A stretch of 64,000 nucleotides of DNA from an uncultured virus (IMG/VR IMGVR_UViG_3300024269_000049) (Duplodnaviria; Heunggongvirae; Uroviricota; Caudoviricetes): positions 1 through 64,000 of IMG/VR virus record IMGVR_UViG_3300024269_000049; one strand, given 5' to 3'. Of this stretch, positions 21,076 to 32,274 are shown piece by piece (position 1 is the first letter of the stretch; every line of letters begins with the position of its first letter). The position numbers were made by a program, and so were the translations under genes. The notes under the pieces were generated by a model. It was not told where the DNA came from. It did not search any database and saw only the letters and a program-made list of their open reading frames with translations.

Positions 21076-21093
21076 GGTTATATCTTTATTTAT
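21052..21093. terminator. Bidirectional terminator (long near-perfect palindrome between convergent genes)
   Basis: ataaataaagatataacc-tttta-aggttatatctttatttat. Confidence 0.8.
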
Positions 21094-22986
21094 TTATTTA
21101 CTTATATTTTTTCTAACCATCTGTCTTACATTGTCTTTATTATAATTTAATAATCTTAAAGTATTAAATGTTTCTAATATAGTATATTCAACTATAGCTT
21201 CAGCCATAACTAATTCCATTAAATCGTGGTTTGTTGATTCTATTACACAATATTCTTTAACATGATTAAATATTCTTTCAACATCATCAGTATTATTATA
21301 AACTGACTCTTCGATATATTCATTAGATTCGTAATTATATTGTTCTAATACTGAATGTGCTTTTTCTAAATATTTTTTACATTGTTTTAATACTTTACCT
21401 TTATATTCATAGTTAGCATTTTCTTTAATTGCTTCTAAAACCTCATCTATTGATTCTAAATTCATTTTTATAGCTTTTTCAACTACAACAGCTTCTTCAA
21501 GATATTCAGCTTTAAGAACATTTTTCTTCATATTTTCACAAACCATTTTAGCTTTATACATGAATTCTAGATTATTTAGATTAACATCCTTAGGTTGTAA
21601 ATATGGAACAAATACATTTTGACCATTTATTTCATAAGATAAAGACTCCATAACATTAGATCTAGCTTCTTCATGAGCATATATTATAACATCTAATTTC
21701 TCACAAATATCATCCATTTTATCAATATATTCTTTAACTACTTTACAAGAACATTCTTCTTTACCACATTTAGGGCAAAGTATAACTTCTTCAGTAGCTT
21801 TTTTACCTTCTTTGTTTATTTGTTTTAGATCTTTTTCTACTTCTTTACTCATATCTTTTTCAGCATTTTTATCATGAACAGCATCATCTGATTCAAGAAT
21901 AGTTTGAACTTTTCTAACTATTCCTTTATAATGTTTAGCTTGTGATTTAGAATATATGTATTCAGAACCTTCATTAACTACATTATATAAATTTTCTAAA
22001 GCTTCTTCATACTCATATTCAGGAACGTTTTCGATTTTATGAGCTTCATCTAAGAACATATCTACTAATTCATCATTGTCTATTTCTTCATCTATTAATT
22101 CTATATCAGCCATAACGAATTCATGTTCTTCGAATGTAGGGTTCATGTCTTTATAATCAAAAGATTCAAATATTGCAGATGATTTATTTTCTAATATATT
22201 TTTATAATTCTTTCTCATTATTGAATTAAATAAAGTATCTACTTCTATACCAGTACTTTCGAATATAAAAGACATAGCTTCTTCTATAGGAGCATCAAGT
22301 TCACTAACTTTAGCCTCTATATCAGACATAACCATCTGTTTGTCACTACTTAATTTTTGTTCATCTTGAACAACATTAAATACTTTATCTTTTATATTGC
22401 CTACTATAGCATCTACTCCTATAGATTTCTTTTTATAATCATACTCTTCAAGTTCTATTTTTTCTAACCCGTAGTTAACATCTTTAGCACAACCTTTAGA
22501 TTCTCTTACGTTACGTTGCCCTACTTTTTTACAAGTATCTTCACATAAACGTACCATGCTTAATAGTATAGGGTTATTAGTAGATTCAGCTATATGTTTT
22601 ATACCTTCAAATCCCCCTATATCATCAACTTTCATTTCAACCATTTCTACTATATTTTTAAGGTTTTCATTTACAACGTCTTCATCAACTAATAAAGATT
22701 CCACACATATATCAGATATAATGTCTCTTATCAGTTCTTCTTTTAAACTTTCATAACCCTCTTTTATAGCTTTATCATAAGCTTTTTGATTTTTTAAATC
22801 ATTTAATCTACGATTATCAACCTGCTTATTTAATTCACTATATTTAGTTGCAGCTTCTAATAATGTATCATCGTCTTTTTTTCTATCTCTAACAGGTATA
22901 ACCCCTTCTCTTTTGAATTCTTTATCTACTTTAGAACCAAAACTTTTACGAGTTACATTAGTATTTGCATTATCAAAATAAGACAT
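21094..22986 (-). CDS. Internal head/scaffold-like protein rich in hydrophobic-x-E-(S/A) motifs
   Basis: Repeated LLEA, CVES, IAES, IFES, ILES, VMES, IEES, VIES; late promoter at 23027-23038. Confidence 0.6.
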   Translation of the reverse strand: MSYFDNANTNVTRKSFGSKVDKEFKREGVIPVRDRKKDDDTLLEAATKYSELNKQVDNRRLNDLKNQKAYDKAIKEGYESLKEELIRDIISDICVESLLVDEDVVNENLKNIVEMVEMKVDDIGGFEGIKHIAESTNNPILLSMVRLCEDTCKKVGQRNVRESKGCAKDVNYGLEKIELEEYDYKKKSIGVDAIVGNIKDKVFNVVQDEQKLSSDKQMVMSDIEAKVSELDAPIEEAMSFIFESTGIEVDTLFNSIMRKNYKNILENKSSAIFESFDYKDMNPTFEEHEFVMADIELIDEEIDNDELVDMFLDEAHKIENVPEYEYEEALENLYNVVNEGSEYIYSKSQAKHYKGIVRKVQTILESDDAVHDKNAEKDMSKEVEKDLKQINKEGKKATEEVILCPKCGKEECSCKVVKEYIDKMDDICEKLDVIIYAHEEARSNVMESLSYEINGQNVFVPYLQPKDVNLNNLEFMYKAKMVCENMKKNVLKAEYLEEAVVVEKAIKMNLESIDEVLEAIKENANYEYKGKVLKQCKKYLEKAHSVLEQYNYESNEYIEESVYNNTDDVERIFNHVKEYCVIESTNHDLMELVMAEAIVEYTILETFNTLRLLNYNKDNVRQMVRKNISK

Positions 22987-23053
22987 AAACGTAGTCTCCT
23001 TTCATATTGTATTTTTTATTGACTATTAAGATATTGTTTTATCTACGGTTTTT

Positions 23054-25699
23054 TTAGTTTAATAATTCTATTATAATATCTTCTAGTTCTATATTTAGAT
23101 ATTCTGGAACAAATTCTATTCTCTCAGCTTTATCTAGTGTAGTTACATCTACTGCAGTGTTTTCTATACTTTGACAACTATAACCATAATTATTAACCGA
23201 TTCAAATTTTAAATATCTTATACCTGGGAAAGTATTTTCCAATTCTTGTGTTAAATTAGAAATAAATATACCTTCATTTTGTTCTTTATTTATATTCTCA
23301 AAATATTCTTTTATGAACATTTTCATATCTCTAACTAAAGTAGGACCTTCAGATCTAACATACGGATATACTTTTAATTCTAATGTACAATTTACATGGT
23401 TTAAAAGTTCTTGATCTTCACCTACAACAAAATTATTTGATCTTCCATACGTATTATAAAACTTCATATCTATGGAGTAGTTGTTAGTTTTCTTACTCAT
23501 TATTTCGTCCATGTAATCATATTGTGATTTTAATATTTGTACAAATCTATCAAATTCTTCTATATCGGATTCGTATATAGTATCTTTCCATTTAATAACT
23601 GGGACATCTTTAATTAATAAATAATTAGCATCTAGTTCATCTTTTTCCCATACCATATGTGATTTAAGCATATTCAATGGAGTTATAAGCTCAACTCTTG
23701 TTTCCTCAGTAGTATATTTATTAGTTAAAGTAGTATTTTCAAATCCTGGAATATGTGAAAAAATATGACGTTTATTATCATTTTCATATTCAAATAATGT
23801 ATACACATTCATTTTAAGATTAGTCATAGGTATCATTTGAACTAAATCTTCTCCATCATTCATATTTTGTAAATCATATATTCTCACAGATTCTGTATCA
23901 GATATAAAGTCGTCTGTAGAGATTTCCCCTTCATATGTATATCTCATATTATCTAGATTAAACTCAGTTTGTTTACATTCTATAAATGCTGCTTCAGTAC
24001 CATTTTTATGCATGAATGTTAATATTACTTTTATCCTTCCAGTATCGTTTCCAGCTTCATCTATCATAGGTGATTCTATGTCAATATCAGTTGCAGTTAA
24101 ATATAATTTAAATTTATACGTATTTTCATTGTTTATAGATGAACGATACACGTATAAGTTATTGCATATAAATTGAACCATAGAACTATCATTAACATAC
24201 TCATAATCTAAAGGTATTTTATCATTTATATTATTCAGATAATATCCAACCATACCATTTTTAGACACAGTCATTAAAAATGGATTTTGATATATGAACT
24301 TATTATTAAAACCTAAATCTAATATTTCGTCCTTATCAATCTTAACAATACGTTTAGTTGATGGACCGTCATATATAAAAGTATTTGTTGGTTTTAATAA
24401 CATTCTTTCAGATTGTTCAAATTCATGATCGAATTGATCTCGATATATTTTTAATTGAACAGTGTTAGTTTTATAATAAGAGCCAAAACTATCTTTACTT
24501 ATAGAATATGCGGTATACAGTCTATCGAAAATATCGTCTCTTTTTTTAATAAAAGATACTCTAACATCATTCAATATATCAAATGAATTGAAATGTCTTT
24601 GTAAATCTGATTCTGTTGTATATGAGTTAACTGTTGCAAAACAATCAGCTACTCTATCCCTAAGTTCTAATAAATTTGGAATATCCTTACCAGATGTTGA
24701 TGCCGATTCAGTTATTGCTATAACTGGAACTCTAGCATTATTTTCGTATCTTTCACTATTCCTATAAACTTCTACATTATAACCAGTATATAATTCAAAG
24801 TTTGATGCTGATCCATCAGTAGTATAATACTCAACTCTTATCTCTGAATTAAATTTAGGTTTGAAATAATTTTCTCTAGTAGTAAACGTTAATTCCAACA
24901 TTTGGTCATTCTTAAGTTTATAATAACAAAACGGTTCTTTTATAACTTTAGAATTAACCAATCTTTTTTGCAATTGTGTAAATTTTTTATCAGTTGATTC
25001 TCTATAAAATACTTCAAAATTTGCTAACTGATCTGTAAACGGAACTTTAATAGTATTAACATTAATTCTATCATTATCTATTACTCTAGTTTCAAATACA
25101 TGTTTATCACAACGTCTCATTTTAACTAATAATGCTATATATTGGGTTCCATTATAGTTATATTTTTGATATTTTATATACGGATTTTTTATATTACTTA
25201 AAGAATTATTATATTCTCTCACATAACTACAAGTTATTATATGAGTTTTTCTATAAGGTCTCATAGTTATCATTATATCATAGTCTAACATAAATCTATG
25301 TTCCTCAACATGTACGACAGTTCTTTGATCCAATATAAATTTTTTATATGTACCATCAGAACCATATTCTGAATATGCTAATAATGCATCTAATGGTAAT
25401 AATAAAATACATTCCATAACCGCAGGTGTTGCTAATAAGGTATGTTCTTGGAATAAAGACGCATAATTATAAATAGTATTTGGCATTTGTGCTAAATTAG
25501 GGAACATTTCATTTGCTACCACAGGAACTGTATTAAAAACGTCTTCTGTGGTTGTAGTCATAAAATCTAAGCTATATCCTAATAAACCAATATTATATCC
25601 TTCAATAACATCTTCTGGAAAATATTTAGGTCCCAATACGTTTAATGCAAAATCTTTTATATCGTACAATGAGGTATATTTTTTAACATCATCTGACAT
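23054..25699 (-). CDS. Baseplate wedge-like structural protein (881 aa)
   Basis: GLLGY...NE.F...AQ....IY.YA N-terminus and YYTTDGSASNF resemble T4 gp6/baseplate J-like proteins; structural module context. Confidence 0.6.
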   Translation of the reverse strand: MSDDVKKYTSLYDIKDFALNVLGPKYFPEDVIEGYNIGLLGYSLDFMTTTTEDVFNTVPVVANEMFPNLAQMPNTIYNYASLFQEHTLLATPAVMECILLLPLDALLAYSEYGSDGTYKKFILDQRTVVHVEEHRFMLDYDIMITMRPYRKTHIITCSYVREYNNSLSNIKNPYIKYQKYNYNGTQYIALLVKMRRCDKHVFETRVIDNDRINVNTIKVPFTDQLANFEVFYRESTDKKFTQLQKRLVNSKVIKEPFCYYKLKNDQMLELTFTTRENYFKPKFNSEIRVEYYTTDGSASNFELYTGYNVEVYRNSERYENNARVPVIAITESASTSGKDIPNLLELRDRVADCFATVNSYTTESDLQRHFNSFDILNDVRVSFIKKRDDIFDRLYTAYSISKDSFGSYYKTNTVQLKIYRDQFDHEFEQSERMLLKPTNTFIYDGPSTKRIVKIDKDEILDLGFNNKFIYQNPFLMTVSKNGMVGYYLNNINDKIPLDYEYVNDSSMVQFICNNLYVYRSSINNENTYKFKLYLTATDIDIESPMIDEAGNDTGRIKVILTFMHKNGTEAAFIECKQTEFNLDNMRYTYEGEISTDDFISDTESVRIYDLQNMNDGEDLVQMIPMTNLKMNVYTLFEYENDNKRHIFSHIPGFENTTLTNKYTTEETRVELITPLNMLKSHMVWEKDELDANYLLIKDVPVIKWKDTIYESDIEEFDRFVQILKSQYDYMDEIMSKKTNNYSIDMKFYNTYGRSNNFVVGEDQELLNHVNCTLELKVYPYVRSEGPTLVRDMKMFIKEYFENINKEQNEGIFISNLTQELENTFPGIRYLKFESVNNYGYSCQSIENTAVDVTTLDKAERIEFVPEYLNIELEDIIIELLN

Positions 25700-25714
25700 T
25701 GTCTCACCCTCTCT

Positions 25715-27184
25715 CTATATTTCTTTCCAAACTAGTTGAAACATTCTATGACCAAAATCATCTTCAGTTTCTGCTATCCATGGTGCATGTGTTAATGTTG
25801 ATCCTGTTTGAAATCCAAAGTCCGTACCAGCATCAGAATGTTTTGTTTCATAACCACCATGTCCATCTAATAATTTTTTATATTTACCACTTTGTTCTGT
25901 TAAGCTATTAAACTCAGCTATTATCATTGGATCCATAGTTGATTTAAAAGAATACATATATTTTATATTTATTTCAGGTTTAGCTAATAATGTACCTGAA
26001 TCCCAAGAAAATGCATTTTCTCCAGTATTAACTGGAAATACACCTGTTAATTTTTGCCAATATAAAATAGTAGACCCGTCAGGTCCACATAAAAAATAAT
26101 AACATGATGAAGCATAATCTACTATTCTATCGGTAATATATTTTTGCTTAGGTGCATAAATACCCCTAGAAACTTTATTTATATAATCAGTCCACGCTAA
26201 ATGTAATTTGAATATATCTAAATTTACAGTATCTGTATATCGTATACTCATTTCATTTGCAGCGTTTGATTCTTGGTCTGACAGACCATAAACAATTTTA
26301 TTACCATTGTAGGTTTCTCCATGTTCTACAGTTTTTAAAACAACATCTCCAACTTCAAAAGATTTAGCTTCGTTTGATAATAAAACCATAAACTTATGCT
26401 TTGGATTACCATTAGAAACTAATGATTTTAAACACCATTGATTATTATTCCAAAGATAACTATATTTAGCATCAAGAGCCGTTTGTGGTACTAGTGTAAA
26501 GTTATTAGTTCCACCAGCCTGTGTTATTATATTTAAATCTGGTCTAGTAAAAAATACATAAGCAAACGTTTTAGTTAATTCTTTATCAGGAAATGCTGTC
26601 TTATGTCTGTTAAAAGAGTTAAACAACTTTTTCTGTAAAGATGAAAAATATCCTGTAGGAATGTCTTCATTATATATTTCGCTTTTAGTTATATATTCAA
26701 TATCCATTTGATATTTAACTTGTCTTATTTTCTTTAAAAGTTCTGCTTCAGTACATTGGTCGTTATACGGGTACTTCATATCAAAAGCAACTTTAGACGT
26801 CCAATCATATCCTGAAGTTGGTTTTGTTGAACCATGTGTTGTAACACCACCAGTATCTGGATTTATCGTACCAAAATCAACTTGTTTAGGTGGTATAGTT
26901 TCATCTACTGGTTCAGGAGGTGTTGGTTCGGGAACCTTTGGTTCTTCCTTAGGTGGATCAGGCTTAACTTCTAAATCTCTAACTAACCTTAGATATGTAC
27001 CACAAGACCAACCACCATCTTCCCATTTATACCATGTAGCACCACCAACAGTTTTAGATTCTACAACGATACCAGTATAGCCTGGATTTAAATGGGTTAT
27101 TATTCTATATGAAGTACTAGGTCCTGTTCTTTTTCTAAGACGACCACTATTAGTAGTAACCTTCATTTCTTTACGCATACTCAA
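25715..27184 (-). CDS. Tail/baseplate protein with N-terminal SH3b cell-wall-binding domain and Pro-rich linker
   Basis: LRKRTGPSTSY...WYK...GW SH3b; YVFFTRPDLN...LTGVFP tail-tube-like region; late promoter at 27218-27229. Confidence 0.65.
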   Translation of the reverse strand: MSMRKEMKVTTNSGRLRKRTGPSTSYRIITHLNPGYTGIVVESKTVGGATWYKWEDGGWSCGTYLRLVRDLEVKPDPPKEEPKVPEPTPPEPVDETIPPKQVDFGTINPDTGGVTTHGSTKPTSGYDWTSKVAFDMKYPYNDQCTEAELLKKIRQVKYQMDIEYITKSEIYNEDIPTGYFSSLQKKLFNSFNRHKTAFPDKELTKTFAYVFFTRPDLNIITQAGGTNNFTLVPQTALDAKYSYLWNNNQWCLKSLVSNGNPKHKFMVLLSNEAKSFEVGDVVLKTVEHGETYNGNKIVYGLSDQESNAANEMSIRYTDTVNLDIFKLHLAWTDYINKVSRGIYAPKQKYITDRIVDYASSCYYFLCGPDGSTILYWQKLTGVFPVNTGENAFSWDSGTLLAKPEINIKYMYSFKSTMDPMIIAEFNSLTEQSGKYKKLLDGHGGYETKHSDAGTDFGFQTGSTLTHAPWIAETEDDFGHRMFQLVWKEI

Positions 27185-27217
27185 TTCTCCTTTCTTTAGT
27201 ATTTCAGTAAGTTCTCT

Positions 27218-27265
27218 TACTTAGTTGTTTTCCCGCTAACTATCTATGGGTAAAACAATTATGTA
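27218..27265. promoter_or_regulatory. Divergent pair of AACA-N6-TA late promoters
   Basis: Minus 27218-27229 AACA ACTAAG TA; plus 27254-27265 AACA ATTATG TA. Confidence 0.7.
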
Positions 27266-27306
27266 AAAGTGAAATTGAAATTTTAAAAATAAAGGAGTTG
27301 TTATAA

Positions 27307-29043
27307 ATGACTGTATTTGGAGAATTAGGAGAATTCTTAAAAGATGCCAAAGGATCTATACAAGATGTAAAATGGGCTCTAGATGATATTAAAGGGAGAT
27401 CTATAGCTAAACAAAGTGCGGCTGCAACATTACAATTTCCAGTTATAATATCAAGATCTATAAATGTTGATACTGCATCTAATGTAGTAAAAGCATTAGA
27501 ACGCCAATATGCCACATTTGTACAGATGGTTATATCATTAAACCCTATTCTTGATTTAAAAGAAGACGATATTCCTAGTTTTATAAATAAATTACATCAA
27601 AATAATCCTACAGTTTTAGATCTTGTAGAAAGTTGTATAAACGTTTATAGTGATGAAGCAATAGGTATACGTATGTTCACTTCTATAAATGAAGGTTGTA
27701 ATGGACCGGTTCTACGTTCTAATAAAGAACAAATGTTCTGTATCGAAGATTATTTAAATCCAGTTAAATTAAATGATATATTTAAACCTGAACAGATAAC
27801 ATTAGAAAAAGCTAATGCAGCATTAGATTATTATGTGTTATCTGAAGCCAAAAATAGAGCTAAAACTGGAGGAAGAAAAACATATAAAGGAATGGATGGT
27901 CTTGCTCAAGCTTATGATGATTTACAAGCTGGTAAAAATCCACAACCAAATCCAAATGGACCTAGTATTAATGTATCTTCAGGTGGAGGAGGGGTAGTTA
28001 ATAACCCTGTTGCAAACCATCAACCAAATCAAAATGGTGCTACAGCTGCAGGTGATGGAAAAACTACTGCTAAAGTTGGAAATCATAGTATAGAACCTAA
28101 ATTTGATAAAAGTGTTGATACTATCAAATATACAGATGCTATTGAACCTAAATTTGGTAAAGGTATTAGACCTAAAATAACAAAAAAAGATGCAGATGCT
28201 ATTGAACCTAAATTTGGTGCTGACGTTAACACAAAAAATACCAAAGATGTAAATGCTTCAGTAAAACAAAAATTAGATGATTCGCAAAAATCTGAAGAAG
28301 AAAGAAGAGCTGAGGCTGACAGAGTTGCATTCCAAAGAGAATTAGATAGAGCTAATGCTGATTATAGATCTAGAGCTATAGTTAGATTACATGATAATGA
28401 TATTAAAAAATGTAATGAATTAGTACCTACTACACTATCAGTAACATTACAACAAATAAAAGGTGATAATTTTGGTGGAAATGTTAACTTTATATTAGGT
28501 ATTAAAGGATTAATGCATCCAGTTAATTCTGATGAAATGGTAAGTAATTTATTAGATGGTTATAAATCAGGAAATAGATTCTTTAATTTCTTAAGATGGA
28601 CATCTGGAGAAATAGCTTTCTTAAGAGACCTTGTTATGAATGTCGATGGAATTAAAGAAGATGCTCTTAAAAAACATAGAAAAGGTAGTTCACATTGGTG
28701 GACAACATTAAAAAGAAATAGAACATTATCTAGAGTTAAAAATACATTCGGTAAAAATAAAATATTACCAAATGCAACTATAGCATGTTCTATGGAAGAA
28801 GTTATGGAAATAAAAGATACATATAATGTAGATTTAATGGATCCTAAAGCTGTTATGAAATTAATGGATAGATATTTCTTATTAGGTTTCGTTGTAGTTG
28901 ACGAATCTCAAGAATTATGCTATTTCATGTTTGATGGAGAAAGAGAATTCCAAGCTTTATCATTTAAAGGATTAGAAAGAGAAAATAATAATAAAAACGA
29001 TTTTAAAGATATCTACAAAATGATAAACAGTGGAAGACTATAG
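27307..29043 (+). CDS. Virion structural protein with low-complexity insert (IEPKF repeats)
   Basis: Late promoter; LVES and LSEA motifs; three IEPKF repeats at about 28087-28220. Confidence 0.65.
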   Translation: MTVFGELGEFLKDAKGSIQDVKWALDDIKGRSIAKQSAAATLQFPVIISRSINVDTASNVVKALERQYATFVQMVISLNPILDLKEDDIPSFINKLHQNNPTVLDLVESCINVYSDEAIGIRMFTSINEGCNGPVLRSNKEQMFCIEDYLNPVKLNDIFKPEQITLEKANAALDYYVLSEAKNRAKTGGRKTYKGMDGLAQAYDDLQAGKNPQPNPNGPSINVSSGGGGVVNNPVANHQPNQNGATAAGDGKTTAKVGNHSIEPKFDKSVDTIKYTDAIEPKFGKGIRPKITKKDADAIEPKFGADVNTKNTKDVNASVKQKLDDSQKSEEERRAEADRVAFQRELDRANADYRSRAIVRLHDNDIKKCNELVPTTLSVTLQQIKGDNFGGNVNFILGIKGLMHPVNSDEMVSNLLDGYKSGNRFFNFLRWTSGEIAFLRDLVMNVDGIKEDALKKHRKGSSHWWTTLKRNRTLSRVKNTFGKNKILPNATIACSMEEVMEIKDTYNVDLMDPKAVMKLMDRYFLLGFVVVDESQELCYFMFDGEREFQALSFKGLERENNNKNDFKDIYKMINSGRL

Positions 29044-29061
29044 GAAGGAGGTTGTATAATA

Positions 29062-30048
29062 ATGTTAAAAAGAAATTATTGTATAGACATACTACTTGAA
29101 AACGTTTCAGAATATGGCGAAAAACAAAAAATATATGCATTAACAGAAGAACAACAAGCTATAGTAAATGATAAAATGGTAGGTAACTTATATCAATCAG
29201 CGTTAAGAAGAAAAGATATTGATTTTGGTGATATACCTAACAGTAAAGGGGATATACAAAAATTTAGTGGTTATCAAACTATGGTGGATTGCGTAGCTAT
29301 GTTAAAAGCTCTAGCTAAAAAATTTGGTATTAAAATGCAAGAAATAGATATAGTTGAAGATGCTATAGATAATATAAGAATACAAAAGAAAACATTTGAA
29401 AAAGGATATGCGTTAGACGTAGACTTCATCAAAATGTATTATCAAGCTTTAGTGTTAGCTTGTATAGATGCTACTACATTACTTTTAGCGTCATATGTAG
29501 AATATACTAGAACATTAAATAATGTAGAATTTCAGATTAAAAAAGGAAAAGGAGTTTCTGGAAATATATGTATAGATAGTCTAGCTAAATTCAACCAATC
29601 TGTAAAAGATGGTTCATTTAATAAATTTGCTGATGGATTATTAAGTAAAAGACAAGAAAATTTTTTAGGTGGAGCTAGTGCTGCAGCTGTTGCAGGTAAA
29701 ACACTTATAGCAGTTGGTATAGGTGTTAATATAGTTCCAGTATTAAGATTATTATTATTCTATTTCTACGATTTAAGAATATCTGTTGCAGAAATGCTAG
29801 ATTATCAAAAAGAATTATTAGAAATGAATAAGTTCAGTTTAAAATCATCATCAATGGAAGCTCAAAAAAGAAACAAAATATTAGCTAAACAGAAAGGTTA
29901 CATGGATAAATTAGATAAAGTTGCTGATAAAATAAGAGTACAAGACCAATTAGCAACTAAATCAAGTTCCAATAGTATAAAACAAGATAATAAGCAATGG
30001 AATTTATCTAATGTTACTAACGACGGCAACGATTTTATGTTCATTTAA
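29062..30048 (+). CDS. Virion structural protein with a hydrophobic segment
   Basis: Co-transcribed with the upstream gene; strong RBS. Confidence 0.65.
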   Translation: MLKRNYCIDILLENVSEYGEKQKIYALTEEQQAIVNDKMVGNLYQSALRRKDIDFGDIPNSKGDIQKFSGYQTMVDCVAMLKALAKKFGIKMQEIDIVEDAIDNIRIQKKTFEKGYALDVDFIKMYYQALVLACIDATTLLLASYVEYTRTLNNVEFQIKKGKGVSGNICIDSLAKFNQSVKDGSFNKFADGLLSKRQENFLGGASAAAVAGKTLIAVGIGVNIVPVLRLLLFYFYDLRISVAEMLDYQKELLEMNKFSLKSSSMEAQKRNKILAKQKGYMDKLDKVADKIRVQDQLATKSSSNSIKQDNKQWNLSNVTNDGNDFMFI

Positions 30049-30113
30049 ATCTTATAAAAATAGAACAATAATGTAAGAATAAAATTATTATAATTTAAGG
30101 AGGAAACTTAAAA

Positions 30114-31154
30114 ATGGCTAAAAATATATACGATTTATTTAATGAAAGAAAATACGGAGTAGATTACTTAGTTGAAGGTTATGAGTATGATGAAAACTCT
30201 GTAGAAGCTTACGAAAGTTTAGAAGCATCTATAGAAGCTATAGAAGCTATAACTCAAGAATCAATGAACGAAACTATTGAACTTCAATCTGCTTTCTATT
30301 TAGAAAATTTAGTTATAGAAAACATGATGTTTAATGATTTCAACGAAGAAAAATTACAATCTGTAATGGAAGGATCTGTAAGAGATAAAATACAAGCTGC
30401 AAAAGATAAAGTTCAACACTGGTGGAAAAAAATGAAAGAATGGTTCGTTGGAACATTCAAAGCTATAGCTAACCATTTTAAATCTGGTGAAACTTTAGTT
30501 AGACAAAATGGTAAAAAAATAGATGAAGGTATGAGAAGATCTAATCTAAAAGTTAAAATGAACAAATATAGAAACTTAGATGCTGCAATGGATGCTGTTA
30601 ATAAAATGATAGAAGATCTTAAAGTTGACAGTATAACAGATGCTAAAAAAGAAGATGCTAGAGAAGAAATATTAGGTGCTGTTGGAGCAGACGATAGAAA
30701 AGATGTTGCTGAAGTTGTTAAAAAATTATTCATAGAAGAAGAAAATGAAGAACAAGCTATAAGTTCTATACCTGTAGATGTTGCTAAAAACTATGCAGGA
30801 AATAAATCTAAAATAATAGATAAACTTAAAAAACAACAAAAATCAGTTGATGATGCATTCAGAAAAACTTTACAAGGATTCCAAGAATTAGAAAGAACTA
30901 CATCAGGTGAAACTAACGAATTAGCTGGAAGATTATTAGCTAACTTCAACTTTGCTTTAGGTATAAAAAATACTATATTAAGTACTCAAATGGCTATAGT
31001 TAAAAAAGCTTGTAACGACTATACTGTAGTTATAAGAAGAGCTTTAAATGCTCCAGCTAATAAGAGAGCTGATAAAAAAGCTTTAAAAGATAAATCTTTA
31101 GAAGCTTTCATACCTAATTTTGATGGTGAAGAATTAGATTTCTATGAAGATTAA
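30114..31154 (+). CDS. Internal head protein (phiKZ-like internal head family) with Glu-rich propeptide
   Basis: VEG/YES/LEA/QES/VMEG motifs followed by KDKVQHWWKKMKEWF helix; late promoter at 30064-30075. Confidence 0.65.
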   Translation: MAKNIYDLFNERKYGVDYLVEGYEYDENSVEAYESLEASIEAIEAITQESMNETIELQSAFYLENLVIENMMFNDFNEEKLQSVMEGSVRDKIQAAKDKVQHWWKKMKEWFVGTFKAIANHFKSGETLVRQNGKKIDEGMRRSNLKVKMNKYRNLDAAMDAVNKMIEDLKVDSITDAKKEDAREEILGAVGADDRKDVAEVVKKLFIEEENEEQAISSIPVDVAKNYAGNKSKIIDKLKKQQKSVDDAFRKTLQGFQELERTTSGETNELAGRLLANFNFALGIKNTILSTQMAIVKKACNDYTVVIRRALNAPANKRADKKALKDKSLEAFIPNFDGEELDFYED

Positions 31155-31161
31155 TATACAT

Positions 31162-31199
31162 ATAAATAGATATAGGATTAATTTCCTATATCTATTTAT
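31162..31199. terminator. Intrinsic terminator
   Basis: ataaatagatatagga...tcctatatctatttat; near copy at 32246-32282. Confidence 0.75.
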
Positions 31200-31228
31200 T
31201 TTGTCATTCAACAATCCCATAATATAAC

Positions 31229-32245
31229 ATGAAGAGAAGGAGGTTACACATGGAATATAATATGATAAAACATATACGAAAATATAAGGAATTGATTGAG
31301 AATGAACCTTATGATTTTATCGTAGAAGAAATGTTAGTTGATTTAAAAGGAATATTATTAGAAGAATCTAAAAATGATATAGTGAATAGCACTTGGGTTA
31401 TAGAAACATTTTTTAATATAAACCATTCATACGATGTAATGGATGAACTGAACAGTCTAGAAACTAAGTTATTAGAAAATTCTGATCCAGATATAACCAA
31501 TACTATATCTAATATCAAAGCTAACTTTAATAATAAACATCAAAAAATTATGAACCGTGATGATAAATGGCTTAAGAAAAATAAAAAGAAAATATTAAGT
31601 TTAGACTATACTGAAATAGAATTAGAAGTATTAAGTGATTATAAAGTAACATTCGAGCAATTACTTAATAGGCATAATATATTCGATAAGTTGTTCGTCA
31701 ATTCTGCTGATAGTGAGAATTTAGATAATAAATTAAGAAGATTTGAAGATAAGAACGAAAATTTAAAAAATGGATTGGATAATTATTTTAGAACAGGTAC
31801 ATCTAGAAGAGAAATAGGATTAAGAAAAGTTGCTGGTGATGAAGCTAAACTGGCAGTAGAAAACATGGTAGCATATTGTGAAAGTTTCTTAGCTGGTAAG
31901 AAATTTTTAGAAGAAAAATTAAATAATATAATAATTGCTGCTAGTGATGAAGTTAAAGAATCGTTAAGTCCTATAGAAATTCTTAGAGAAGCTTTAGAGG
32001 ATGATAAAAATAAAAAAGATGAAGAAGTGCCAGAAGAAAAACCTAAAAAAGAAAAACAACCTAAAGAGGAAGACGTATCTGATGAAGAAGTAGATGCTGA
32101 AGTAGAAAAAGAACCTGTAGAAGATAAAACAGCTGTTAAAAGAGGATCTAAAGATAGACAAGTCGGTATAGCTGTATTATTAACTGTAGCTGAAGAAAGA
32201 TACTTCGATTATATTAATATATTAAAAGGATTGCTTGAAGAATAG
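31229..32245 (+). CDS. Internal head-like virion protein (probable start 31250)
   Basis: Late promoter at 31210-31221; LLEES, LLEN, VKES motifs. Confidence 0.6.
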   Translation: MKRRRLHMEYNMIKHIRKYKELIENEPYDFIVEEMLVDLKGILLEESKNDIVNSTWVIETFFNINHSYDVMDELNSLETKLLENSDPDITNTISNIKANFNNKHQKIMNRDDKWLKKNKKKILSLDYTEIELEVLSDYKVTFEQLLNRHNIFDKLFVNSADSENLDNKLRRFEDKNENLKNGLDNYFRTGTSRREIGLRKVAGDEAKLAVENMVAYCESFLAGKKFLEEKLNNIIIAASDEVKESLSPIEILREALEDDKNKKDEEVPEEKPKKEKQPKEEDVSDEEVDAEVEKEPVEDKTAVKRGSKDRQVGIAVLLTVAEERYFDYINILKGLLEE

Positions 32246-32274
32246 AAAAATAGATATAGGATAATTTCCTATAT